Part shown: positions 55,345 through 64,000 of the stretch, in pieces
Numbering within the stretch: position 1 is the stretch's first letter
How the letters are laid out: every line of letters begins with the position of its first letter
NCBI GenBank assembly: GCA_043825735.1
Contig: JBDRRP010000087.1
Location: 1 to 64,000, forward strand
Source: Pseudomonadota bacterium
GTDB lineage: Bacteria > Desulfobacterota > Desulfobacteria > Desulfobacterales > JBDRRP01
Length of the DNA stretch: 64,000 nt
Direction: 5' to 3'
The notes under the pieces: generated by a model
The model's input: the letters and a program-made list of their open reading frames with translations, nothing else
What the model was told of the DNA's origin: nothing
Database searches by the model: none
Made by a program: the position numbers and the translations under genes

Positions 55345-57225
55345 ATGACCCTTCTCGACAGCATCGATTCCCCGGCAGACCTCAAGTTCCTTTCCCGCGG
55401 AGACCTGCCGAAGCTGGCGGAAGAAATCCGTTCAGTCATTGTGGATGTGGTGTCTAAAAACGGTGGACACCTGGCATCGAGCCTTGGCGCTGTGGAACTG
55501 GCCATTGCCATCCACTACGTGTTCAATGTTCCCACCGACAAAGTGATCTGGGATGTGGGCCACCAGGCTTACGCCCACAAACTGCTCACCGGGCGGCGCA
55601 AACAGTTTCACAGCCTGCGCCAGCACGGCGGCCTTTCGGGATTCACCAAAATCAGTGAAAGCCCCTATGATGCCTTCACCACCGGCCACAGCAGCACATC
55701 CATTTCTGCCGGTCTGGGCATCGCGTCCGCAAAGCAGATCAAAAAAGAAAAAGGCAAGGTCATCGCCGTCATCGGCGACGGATCCATGACTGCCGGACTG
55801 GCCTACGAAGGCCTCAACCAGGCCGGAGACAGCCATATCGACAAGGACCTCATTGTCATTCTCAATGACAACGACATGTCCATCGCTAAAAATGTCGGCG
55901 CCCTTTCCTCCTTTTTAAGTCGTACGTTTTCAGGAAAGAAACTCCAGGAATGGCGAAAGGAGCTCGGCGTTTTCCTGAAATCACTGCCTGGCATCGGTGA
56001 CGATATGTACCAGATCGCCAAGCGAAGCGAAGAGTCGTTTAAATCATTTGTGACGCCGGGCATGCTCTTTGAGGCATTCAATTTCGAGTATTTCGGCCCC
56101 ATCAACGGCCACCGGCTCAACCACCTTATAGATATACTAAACAATATCAATTATCTGGACGGCCCAATCCTTCTGCACGTGACCACCACCAAGGGCAAAG
56201 GATACGCCCCGGCCGAGAAGAATCCGGTGTATTTTCACGGCTGCGGATGCTTTGAAAAAGAGACTGGTGCTTGCATTGACAAACCCAAGCAGGCGCCCAC
56301 CTATACCGAAGTTTTCGGCCGTACCATGGTGGATCTGGCCGCAGACGATGCCCGCATCATTGCCGTCACCGCCGCCATGCCCGAGGGGACCGGTCTATTG
56401 GCGTTCTCCAAGCGCTTCCCGGAACGGTTTTTCGACGTAGGCATCGCTGAACCCCACGGTGTCACATTCGCTGCCGGTCTGGCCACCGAAGGCCTGCGAC
56501 CGGTGGTGGCCATTTATTCAACATTCCTGCAGCGTGGCTACGATCAGATCATCCACGATGTGTGCATCGAAAAGCTGCCGGTGGTGTTCGCCATTGACCG
56601 GGGCGGCATCGTCGGTGAAGACGGCCCCACCCACCATGGCCTTTTCGACCTGTCCTATCTGCGCAGTCTGCCCAATATGGTGGTGATGGCTCCCAAGGAC
56701 GAGAACGAACTGCGACGGATGCTCAAGACGGCCCTGGATCACAACGGCCCCATTGCCCTGCGATATCCCCGGGGTATGGCTGAAGGGGTCGATTTGGACG
56801 ATGTCATCACCCCCGTTGCCATCGGCCGGGCAGAAACGCTCATTGCCGGAGACGACCTGGCGATTCTGACCATTGGCCATACCGTTTCCGTGTCCCTGGC
56901 AGCGGCCGAGATACTTTCCGCTGAAGGCATCGCCGCCACTGTTGTCAACTGCCGTTTTGTCAAACCACTGGACACCGATCTGATTTGTGAAGTGGCCACT
57001 CGTTTGAAAAAAATCATCACCATCGAGGAAAATATTCTTCAAGGTGGATTCGGCAGTGCTGTGCTGGAATGCCTCAGTGACAACGGTGTCATCGATTGCC
57101 GGGTCCAGCGACTGGGTCTGCCCGATGCCTTCATAGAACATGGCACTCAGGCCCGTCTGCGATCGGCTTATGGTGTGGATGCCGCCGCAGTGGTGGCAGC
57201 GGCCCGTCGACTCATGGAACCGTAG
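55345..57225 (+). CDS. dxs: 1-deoxy-D-xylulose-5-phosphate synthase
   Basis: [55 protein letters not shown]. Confidence 0.97.
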   Translation: MTLLDSIDSPADLKFLSRGDLPKLAEEIRSVIVDVVSKNGGHLASSLGAVELAIAIHYVFNVPTDKVIWDVGHQAYAHKLLTGRRKQFHSLRQHGGLSGFTKISESPYDAFTTGHSSTSISAGLGIASAKQIKKEKGKVIAVIGDGSMTAGLAYEGLNQAGDSHIDKDLIVILNDNDMSIAKNVGALSSFLSRTFSGKKLQEWRKELGVFLKSLPGIGDDMYQIAKRSEESFKSFVTPGMLFEAFNFEYFGPINGHRLNHLIDILNNINYLDGPILLHVTTTKGKGYAPAEKNPVYFHGCGCFEKETGACIDKPKQAPTYTEVFGRTMVDLAADDARIIAVTAAMPEGTGLLAFSKRFPERFFDVGIAEPHGVTFAAGLATEGLRPVVAIYSTFLQRGYDQIIHDVCIEKLPVVFAIDRGGIVGEDGPTHHGLFDLSYLRSLPNMVVMAPKDENELRRMLKTALDHNGPIALRYPRGMAEGVDLDDVITPVAIGRAETLIAGDDLAILTIGHTVSVSLAAAEILSAEGIAATVVNCRFVKPLDTDLICEVATRLKKIITIEENILQGGFGSAVLECLSDNGVIDCRVQRLGLPDAFIEHGTQARLRSAYGVDAAAVVAAARRLMEP

Positions 57226-57242
57226 TCCCCTCACTGCGGGCT

Positions 57243-57314
57243 TCACGGAGCACACGGAAATGTTTTAACCCAAAAAGATGTTTTCGCGCAGAGGCGCGGA
57301 GACGCAGAGAACGG
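57243..57314. repeat. Partial 9-bp-period repeat arms
   Basis: cacggagcacacggaaa and tcgcgcagaggcgcggagacgcagagaac, without partner arms. Confidence 0.55.
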
Positions 57315-57337
57315 CGAAAAATGGATATGAACGGGTT

Positions 57338-58078
57338 TTGACTGAAGGAAAGACACGCATCGATTTGCTGATGGTCCAGCGAGGACTGGCACCGTCCCGG
57401 CAACGGGCTCAGGCCCTGCTCATGAGCGGTGCGGTTCTGGTGGACGGCCGGTCAGTTGAAAAATCGGGCACCGTTGTCGATGTCGGCGCCGACATTCAGC
57501 TAAAAGGCAGCGATCACCCTTACGTGAGCCGGGGAGGATTGAAGCTGAAGGCGGCTATCGACGCCTTTGGGCTGGACGTGGCCGGTCTCGTCTGTCTGGA
57601 TGTGGGCGCGTCCACCGGTGGTTTCACCGACTGCCTCCTAAAGCACGGTGCCGCCCATGTTCACGCCGTCGATGTCGGATACGGACAGATCGCCTGGTCT
57701 CTGCGGCAAGATCCCCGGGTGAGCGTTGTAGAACGCACCAATATCCGCAACATGGCAGACGACGCCCTTCCGGCGCCGGTGGATCTGATCACCATTGACA
57801 CATCCTTTATCTCGCTGCGCATCGTGGTGCCGGCGGCCTTGCGTTTTCTCAATCCCGGCGGCAAGATAGTGGCCCTCATCAAACCCCAGTTCGAAGTGGG
57901 CCGCGGCATGGTGGGCAAGGGCGGCGTGGTCCGCGATCCCGCTCTTCACGAACAGGTCGTCAGGGATCTGACCGCCGTCTTTCAGCACCTCGGATTGCGC
58001 ATTCGGCCTGTAGTCCCCTCCCCTGTTCTCGGTCCCAAGGGAAACCGGGAGTTTCTGGCGTGTCTTGATTTCGCTTGA
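57338..58078 (+). CDS. tlyA: TlyA-family rRNA methyltransferase
   Basis: RID..., YVSRGGLKL, LDVGASTGGFTD, D.SFISL, LIKPQFE, GPKGNREF; probable TTG start. Confidence 0.95.
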   Translation: MTEGKTRIDLLMVQRGLAPSRQRAQALLMSGAVLVDGRSVEKSGTVVDVGADIQLKGSDHPYVSRGGLKLKAAIDAFGLDVAGLVCLDVGASTGGFTDCLLKHGAAHVHAVDVGYGQIAWSLRQDPRVSVVERTNIRNMADDALPAPVDLITIDTSFISLRIVVPAALRFLNPGGKIVALIKPQFEVGRGMVGKGGVVRDPALHEQVVRDLTAVFQHLGLRIRPVVPSPVLGPKGNREFLACLDFA

Positions 58079-58172
58079 TTTTTTAGTAGCATCGGGCTAA
58101 CGATTTCGCTTCACGCGAATCAATCCCTCACGAAACGGGAATACTTTATCAACCTACCAGAGAGGACCGGAG

Positions 58173-60239
58173 ATGTCTGAAATCGTTGACAAACTGAGAA
58201 ACATCGCTCTCGTTGGACACAGCGGTGGGGGAAAGACCTCGCTGTCGGAAGTCATGCTCTTCAATACCGGCATCACCAATCGGCTGGGAAGCGTGGAGGC
58301 CGGCAACACCGTGATGGACTTCGAGCCCGAAGAGCTCAAGCGCGCCTCAAGCATCAGCACCGGATTCAATCTGTTTCCTTGGAAAAAGCATGATATCAGC
58401 ATTATGGACACACCCGGCGATGTCAACTTTTTCACCGACACCAAATACTGCATGAAGGCGGCCGACAGCATCGTGCTGGTCGTGGACGGGGTGGACGGCC
58501 TCAAGGTCCAGTCGGAACTGGCCTGGCAGTTCGCCGCCGACTACAACCTACCGTGCATGATATTTATAAACCGACTGGACCGTGATCGGGCCGATTTCAT
58601 GAAAACCTTTGAAGACGCCCGCGACAGCCTGAGCCCTAAACCGATCCTGCTGCAGCTGCCTATCGGCAGTGAGGCTGAGTTCAAGGGCGTGGTGGATCTA
58701 ATCTCCGGTAAAGCCTACGTGTACGACGAGGATGGTAAATCGAGCGAAACCGATGTACCCGCCGATCTAAAGGACCAGGTGGACAGCGAGAAGGAAACGC
58801 TTATCGAAAACATCGCCGAAGCCGACGATGCCCTGCTGGAACGCTATTTGGAGGGCGAGACCATCAGCAACGCCGAAGTCCGCGCCGCACTAAAAAAAGG
58901 CATCCTGTCGCGGATTTTTGCACCGGTTCTCTGCGGCTCGGCCACGGGCAATATCGGCATCGACAAACTGTGCGATTTCATCGTCGACGCCATGCCGTCA
59001 CCGGCGGATCGCGGCGCCTTCAGTGCCTTGGCAGGTGATGAAACCCTGGAGATCGCCCCTGATCCGGACGCAGCGTTTACCGGATTCGTCTTTAAAACCA
59101 TCGCCGATCCCTATGCCGGCCGATTGTCTATTATCCGCGTCGTTTCAGGCACTCTGGGAGGTGACGGTAACTTCTACAATGTCACCAAATCCGCCAAGGA
59201 GCGTTTCAGTCAACTCCTGCGCATCGCCGGCAAGGAACAAAAGACCGTCGAGCAGGCAGGCCCGGGCGCCATCGTGGCCATGGCCAAACTCAAAGAAACC
59301 ACCACCGGTGACAGCATCTGCACTGACAACCGCAAGGTGTCCTTCGACTTTCCAAAAGCGCTTCCCACGGTCATCAGCTTCGCCTTGACCGCCAAGGTCA
59401 AGGGAGAGGAAGACAAGATCGTCCAGGCACTGAGCAAAATCATGGAAGAGGACCCGGCCCTGCAACTGGAGCGACGGGCCGAGACCGCCGAGATTCTTCT
59501 GTCCGGACTCGGGCAAATCCACATTGAGACCACCATCGAAAAAATGAAACGGAAATACAATGTGGAGACCCTGCTCAACACGCCCAAGATTCCGTACCGT
59601 GAGACGGTCAAGAAAAAGGTGCGCGTTCAGGGAAGGCACAAGAAACAGTCCGGTGGCCACGGACAGTTCGGCGACTGCTGGATTCAGTTGGCCCCCCTGC
59701 CCAGCGGTTCCGGATTCGAGTTTGTGGATGCCGTTGTGGGCGGTTCCATCCCCCGCCAGTATATCCCCGCTGTGGAAAAGGGTGTCGTTGAAGCGGCCGT
59801 GAAAGGCGTTTTGGCCGGTTTTCCCACCGTGGACTTCAAGGTGACACTGGACGACGGGTCCTTCCACGCGGTGGACTCTTCGGAAATGGCGTTCAAGATC
59901 GCCGGGTCCATAGCGTTCAAGAAAGCCGTCCAGGAAGCCTCCCCCGTGCTTCTGGAGCCCATCATGAGTGTCACCGTCACCACCCCCGATGAATTCATGG
60001 GCGACATCATGGGGGACCTGAACTCCCGGCGCGGCCGCGTACTGGGTATGGACAGCGCCGGCAAGTACCAGATCATCAAGGCCGAAGTGCCCCTGAGCGA
60101 ATTCCAGACCTATTCCCCCGACCTGACTTCGATGACCGGTGGTCGGGGTATGTACAGCATGACCTTCTCCCGGTACGAGGAAGTCCCTTCGCATATGACC
60201 GAAAAGATCATCGCCGCGGTGAAGGCTGACGCAGAATAA
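58173..60239 (+). CDS. fusA: Elongation factor G paralogue (EF-G2 type)
   Basis: RNIALVGHSGGGKT, DTPG, G.G..H, PYRET, KKQSGGHGQFG, VDSSEMAFK, LEP; divergent G1/G2. Confidence 0.92.
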   Translation: MSEIVDKLRNIALVGHSGGGKTSLSEVMLFNTGITNRLGSVEAGNTVMDFEPEELKRASSISTGFNLFPWKKHDISIMDTPGDVNFFTDTKYCMKAADSIVLVVDGVDGLKVQSELAWQFAADYNLPCMIFINRLDRDRADFMKTFEDARDSLSPKPILLQLPIGSEAEFKGVVDLISGKAYVYDEDGKSSETDVPADLKDQVDSEKETLIENIAEADDALLERYLEGETISNAEVRAALKKGILSRIFAPVLCGSATGNIGIDKLCDFIVDAMPSPADRGAFSALAGDETLEIAPDPDAAFTGFVFKTIADPYAGRLSIIRVVSGTLGGDGNFYNVTKSAKERFSQLLRIAGKEQKTVEQAGPGAIVAMAKLKETTTGDSICTDNRKVSFDFPKALPTVISFALTAKVKGEEDKIVQALSKIMEEDPALQLERRAETAEILLSGLGQIHIETTIEKMKRKYNVETLLNTPKIPYRETVKKKVRVQGRHKKQSGGHGQFGDCWIQLAPLPSGSGFEFVDAVVGGSIPRQYIPAVEKGVVEAAVKGVLAGFPTVDFKVTLDDGSFHAVDSSEMAFKIAGSIAFKKAVQEASPVLLEPIMSVTVTTPDEFMGDIMGDLNSRRGRVLGMDSAGKYQIIKAEVPLSEFQTYSPDLTSMTGGRGMYSMTFSRYEEVPSHMTEKIIAAVKADAE

Positions 60240-60285
60240 ACAGCGCTTCATCTCACTTCGGTCGATGAAACGCTGTTTATATAGG

Positions 60286-60322
60286 AAAAACGGGCGGGGC
60301 ACAGCCCCCGCCCGTGCGTTTA
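60286..60322 (+). terminator. Probable terminator hairpin after the EF-G gene
   Basis: acgggcggggc-aca-gcccccgcccgt stem; weak U-tract. Confidence 0.6.
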
Positions 60323-60545
60323 TACGCCAGGCCCCGCCCATAGCCCCCCCTTTTTCCGCATTTTCTGGACAAATCCAGCCAGAATTGTCTTTCCAATATG
60401 AATTCGGGCTGTTTCGAATTCATCCAAATTGACATTCCGCCCGGGATTTTTTATATCAGAACCATCTCTTCACCGGCCTCCCGTCGCCGATCGAATAGAA
60501 TCAAGGCTTTGCCGGTGCGCCCTACCCATCCGAACGGCACGCGAT

Positions 60546-60755
60546 ATGAACGCGAGTAAATACAGACGACTGATCGGGCTGTTTATTTTAGGCTGCCTTC
60601 TATTCAATTACCCGATCCTCTCCATATTCGACCGGGCTGTCCTCATCGGTGGCATCCCCCTGCTCTACCTTTACCTGTTCACGGCCTGGGCGGTGGTCAT
60701 CATGCTCATCGCACTGATCTGCCGGCCCCGGCGAGATGAATCCGACAGGGCATAA
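60546..60755 (+). CDS. Small 2-TM protein preceding the SLC5 kinase (DUF3311/DUF485-like)
   Basis: LF.LG..LFNYP.L.IF, G.PLLY.YLF..W. Confidence 0.8.
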   Translation: MNASKYRRLIGLFILGCLLFNYPILSIFDRAVLIGGIPLLYLYLFTAWAVVIMLIALICRPRRDESDRA

Positions 60756-60775
60756 CGCATCACCATGGGTGAGCG

Positions 60776-63517
60776 ATGCTTGAAACCGGCACCATCCTGT
60801 TTTTTGCCTTCGGATATGTCCTGCTGCTTTTTGCAATCGCCTGGTACGGCGATCGCCGGGCAGATGAGGGCGCCAGTATCACCAGCAATCCCTACATCTA
60901 CACCCTGTCGCTGGCTGTATACTGCACGGCGTGGACGTTCTACGGCAGTGTTGGCCGGGCGGTACGCAGCGGCGCGGGCTTTCTCACCATCTACATCGGC
61001 CCTACCCTCATGGCCGTCCTGGGATGGTTCCTGCTGAAAAAAATAATCCGTATCTGCAAGGTCTACCGCATCACCAGCATCGCCGATTTCATTTCATCGC
61101 GTTACGGGAAAAGCCCCATGCTCGCCGGGGGTGTGAGCATCGTGGCGGTGTTGGGTATCATTCCCTACATCGCCCTCCAGCTCAAAGCGATCGCTGTGAG
61201 TTACGTGCTGATCCGGCAGTATCCATCCATCCGCATACCCGATCACGTGTTCGACATCCCAGTGCTCGGAGATACCAGTTTTTACGTGGCCATCCTGCTC
61301 TCACTGTTCGCCGTGTTTTTCGGGACACGGCATTTGGAGGCCACCGAGCGGCATGAAGGGTTGGTGGCGGCGATCGCCTTTGAGTCGGTGGTGAAGATGG
61401 CAGCGTTTCTTGCCGTGGGCATCTTCGTGACCTGGGGAATCATGGACGGCCCGGCGGATATCTTCAGTCGGGTTAACGAAAACGCCCGACTCAGCCGGAT
61501 GTTGACGCTGGAGCCTCCCGGCTCCGGTTACCTGGACTGGTTGGTCACCCTGTTTTTGTCTATGATGGCCATCGTTTTGTTGCCGCGGCAGTTTCAAGTC
61601 ATGGTCGTCGAAAACGTGAACCCGGAGCACCTCAACAAGGCCATGTGGCTGTTTCCATTATATCTGCTGATCATCAACATCTTCGTTCTGCCCATCGCCT
61701 TCACGGGTTTGCTCATGTTCCCGGACGGCAGTGTGGACGCCGACACCTTTGTCATTTCGCTGCCCATGGCGGTGGACCAGCAGGAACTGGCCATGCTGGT
61801 GTTCCTGGGAGGACTCTCTGCGGCCACCGGAATGGTCATCGTGGAAAGCATCGCCCTGTCCACAATGATCTGCAATGATCTGATCATGCCGGTCCTGCTG
61901 CGTATCCCGCAGTTTGAGCTGTCCCGGCGTCCCGATTTGACGCGTCTCATTTTGAGTATCCGCCGCGGCAGCATCGTGCTGATCCTGATGCTGGGTTATA
62001 TCTACTATCGGATCATCGGCGGGTTCTATCCGCTCGTGTCCATCGGCATCATTTCCTTTGCCGCAGTGACCCAGTTCGCACCGGCCGTCATTCTGGGAAT
62101 ATTCTGGAAGCAAGGAACCCGTGCCGGCGCCACGTGGGGCCTCGTGGCGGGGTTTTCGGTATGGTGCTACACCCTTGCCCTGCCGACCCTTGCGCAAGCC
62201 GGATTTGTGGGTCACGGCTTCATGACCGATGGGGCCTTCGGCTTGCACTGGCTCAAGCCCTATTCCCTCTTCGGAATGACAGGTATGGGGGAAGTCACTC
62301 ACGGGGTGTTCTGGAGCATGGTATCCAACATGGGGACATACATCGGCGTTTCCCTGTTCACCCGACCCTCCATGATCGAACGGTCCCAAGCCGTTCTTTT
62401 CGTGGACGTAATGATCCTTCAGGGCGGTCCAGACGGATCGCCCGTAAGACCTGGGGTTGCCTCGGTGCACGACCTCAGGCGGCTTTTGGAGCGATTTCTC
62501 GGCAGGAAACGCACCTCCGAGGCATTTGCCGCCTTTGCCAATGGCCGCGACATCAACTGGGACATACAACAGGATGCCGGATCCGATCTGGTCGATTACA
62601 TGGAAAAACTGCTGGCCGGCGCCATCGGTTCGGCATCGGCCCATGTGCTGGTGGGTTCGGTGGTCAAGGAAGCCCCGCTGGGACTCGACGACGTCATGCA
62701 CATGCTCGATGAAACCCGGCAGTTCATCAGTTACAGCCGTGAACTTGAAAAAGCCACGGCAGAACTTCAGGCTGCCAATTTACGTCTGAAGGAACTGGAC
62801 CGGTTGAAGGACGAGTTCGTTTCCACGGTGACCCACGAGCTGCGCACGCCGCTCACCTCCATCCGCTCCCTGGCCGAAATCATCCATGACACCCCGGATT
62901 TGGAAACTGATCGCAGCAAGCGGTTTTCTGCGATCATCATCAAGGAAAGTGAGCGTCTTACGCGGCTGATCACTCAGATGCTAGATGTCCAGAAGATCGA
63001 ATCCGGCAGAATGACATGGAAAATCAGCCAGATGAGACCGAACGACATGGTCCGCGACGCCTTGGCGGCAACCCGCCAGCTCATAGACGACAAAGGCATC
63101 ACCCTGGAATTAGATGTGCCCGACGGGCTGCCGAACATCACCGGTGACAGCGACCGGCTCATTCAGGTCATGGTGAACCTGATCTACAATGCCGTCAAAT
63201 TCTGCCCGGAAAACACCGGCTGGATCCGCATCCGTATACGTCGGGAGAACGACATGATGCGGGTGGATGTTACCGACAACGGCATCGGGATCCCTGCAGC
63301 GTATCATCAGCAGATTTTTGAAAAATTTTATCAGGTCACTGACGACAACCGTGGACGCCCCATGGGATCCGGTCTGGGGCTCAGCATCACCCGCAGTATC
63401 ATCGATTTTCACAAAGGACGCATCTGGGTAGACAGTTCCCCGGGCCAGGGCGCCACCTTCTCTTTTGTGCTCCCCCTCAAATTGTCACCGGACACACAAA
63501 ACCCCTACGGTGTATAA
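60776..63517 (+). CDS. SLC5(SSS)-STAC histidine kinase (CrbS/CbrA family)
   Basis: YTLSLAVYCTAWTFYGSVG, SIADFISSRYGKS, PYIALQLKA, LPRQF, SAATGMVIV, LAGAIGSASA, THELRTPL, G boxes. Confidence 0.93.
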   Translation: MLETGTILFFAFGYVLLLFAIAWYGDRRADEGASITSNPYIYTLSLAVYCTAWTFYGSVGRAVRSGAGFLTIYIGPTLMAVLGWFLLKKIIRICKVYRITSIADFISSRYGKSPMLAGGVSIVAVLGIIPYIALQLKAIAVSYVLIRQYPSIRIPDHVFDIPVLGDTSFYVAILLSLFAVFFGTRHLEATERHEGLVAAIAFESVVKMAAFLAVGIFVTWGIMDGPADIFSRVNENARLSRMLTLEPPGSGYLDWLVTLFLSMMAIVLLPRQFQVMVVENVNPEHLNKAMWLFPLYLLIINIFVLPIAFTGLLMFPDGSVDADTFVISLPMAVDQQELAMLVFLGGLSAATGMVIVESIALSTMICNDLIMPVLLRIPQFELSRRPDLTRLILSIRRGSIVLILMLGYIYYRIIGGFYPLVSIGIISFAAVTQFAPAVILGIFWKQGTRAGATWGLVAGFSVWCYTLALPTLAQAGFVGHGFMTDGAFGLHWLKPYSLFGMTGMGEVTHGVFWSMVSNMGTYIGVSLFTRPSMIERSQAVLFVDVMILQGGPDGSPVRPGVASVHDLRRLLERFLGRKRTSEAFAAFANGRDINWDIQQDAGSDLVDYMEKLLAGAIGSASAHVLVGSVVKEAPLGLDDVMHMLDETRQFISYSRELEKATAELQAANLRLKELDRLKDEFVSTVTHELRTPLTSIRSLAEIIHDTPDLETDRSKRFSAIIIKESERLTRLITQMLDVQKIESGRMTWKISQMRPNDMVRDALAATRQLIDDKGITLELDVPDGLPNITGDSDRLIQVMVNLIYNAVKFCPENTGWIRIRIRRENDMMRVDVTDNGIGIPAAYHQQIFEKFYQVTDDNRGRPMGSGLGLSITRSIIDFHKGRIWVDSSPGQGATFSFVLPLKLSPDTQNPYGV

Positions 63518-63568
63518 ACGAACCTGTGTGAGCATGGCGAGTCGCCATGCTCACGCAGGCTCGTTTAT
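63514..63568. repeat. Long near-perfect palindrome (REP-like or bidirectional terminator)
   Basis: ataaacgaacctgtgtgagcatggcga-g-tcgccatgctcacgcaggctcgtttat; 27-bp arms with 2 mismatches. Confidence 0.8.
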
Positions 63569-63573
63569 TTAGA

Positions 63574-63720
63574 TAGTGTCCATCCAGAAATGGTAGATTT
63601 TGGTTCAGAGCAAGGCTTGAGCATTTTCGAAACCGGAGGAATAGCCTGCTATTTCGAGGATTTCGAAAAATGCGAAAACGCAGCTCTGGGCCAAAAGATG
63701 CCGTTTATGGATGGACACTA
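63574..63720. mobile_element. ~147-bp MITE-like element (family M, complete copy)
   Basis: TIR tagtgtccatccagaaa / tttatggatggacacta (16 of 17 match); internal aatagc-ct-gctatt hairpin. Confidence 0.88.
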
Positions 63721-64000
63721 AATAGGATAGATGCCGGCAGGCACTGTTTATCCGGGGCAAAGCCGGCGTGAAAGGCTTCTCTGGCGGCGGGGAAGGGGCG
63801 GCGGTTTTTAGTTGAGATTTTTTTACCGTAGGGGCAGTCGCGGTGATGAAAACGCCGGGAGTTACTGTTTCCCATCACCGCGCCGATGTCGCTCGATAGC
63901 ATCGACCACAGTCCGCGCCGGGCCGCCATAGCCTTTCGCTGGGCAGCCAGCAGCCTGTCGGCGTATCGATCGTTGGGCTTCAGAGGCAGGCAGTAGGCCA
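63705..64000 (-). CDS. 3' part of a thermonuclease (SNase) family protein with Ada-like metal-binding tail (5' end outside window)
   Basis: AYCL..PNDRYADRLLAAQRKAMAARRGLW, then GN.NSRRFH..DC..KNR..F..EA...GF.P...C. Confidence 0.78.
   Translation of the reverse strand, partial: AYCLPLKPNDRYADRLLAAQRKAMAARRGLWSMLSSDIGAVMGNSNSRRFHHRDCPYGKKISTKNRRPFPAAREAFHAGFAPDKQCLPASILFSVHP

Noticed and set aside
57278..57337. TlyA N-terminal extension (MFSRRGAETQR)
   Set aside because: Derived from a repeat arm; TTG 57338 fits TlyA homology
59145..60341. 398-aa minus-strand ORF
   Set aside because: Antisense shadow of the EF-G gene
1..64000. tRNA, rRNA, prophage or defence island
   Set aside because: No cloverleaf or rRNA signatures and no phage genes seen; recBCD, xseAB and vapBC are ordinary host genes

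Overview
GC-rich chromosomal window from an anaerobe. Gene content and repeat style suggest Desulfobacterota (Desulfobacterales-like); this is an inference. From left to right it contains: the 3' end of a REP-associated tyrosine transposase (RAYT)-like gene plus a decayed 5' remnant of another; a MASE2 hybrid histidine kinase; vapBC; a cobalamin riboswitch controlling a 14-gene anaerobic cobamide operon (cbiA C L D ET F G H P, cobU S D, cbiB, cbiR-like); a thioesterase, elbB and a tungsten-type AOR; recC..recBD interrupted by three genes; fabH, a P1 peptidase, a nitroreductase and a GNAT; a 9-heme HAO-family cytochrome fused to 4 TM helices and a cytochrome b5-like domain; usp, ACT-DUF711, DHH-CBS, glmU-like-glmM and yccA; xseA-xseB-ispA-dxs-tlyA; an EF-G paralogue; a CrbS-like SLC5 kinase; and a truncated thermonuclease. 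The strongest unexplained signal is non-coding. Many intergenic gaps hold members of several palindromic repeat families with a shared modular grammar: a common shell carrying interchangeable 9-bp-period cores, sometimes nested inside each other. One ~147-bp MITE sits inside the B12 riboswitch aptamer. The cob operon also shows two candidate translational oddities, an ATC start for cbiA and a CGA-AAG -1 frameshift joining cbiG to cbiH. No rRNA, tRNA or CRISPR array was seen. All calls are by eye, without database searches.
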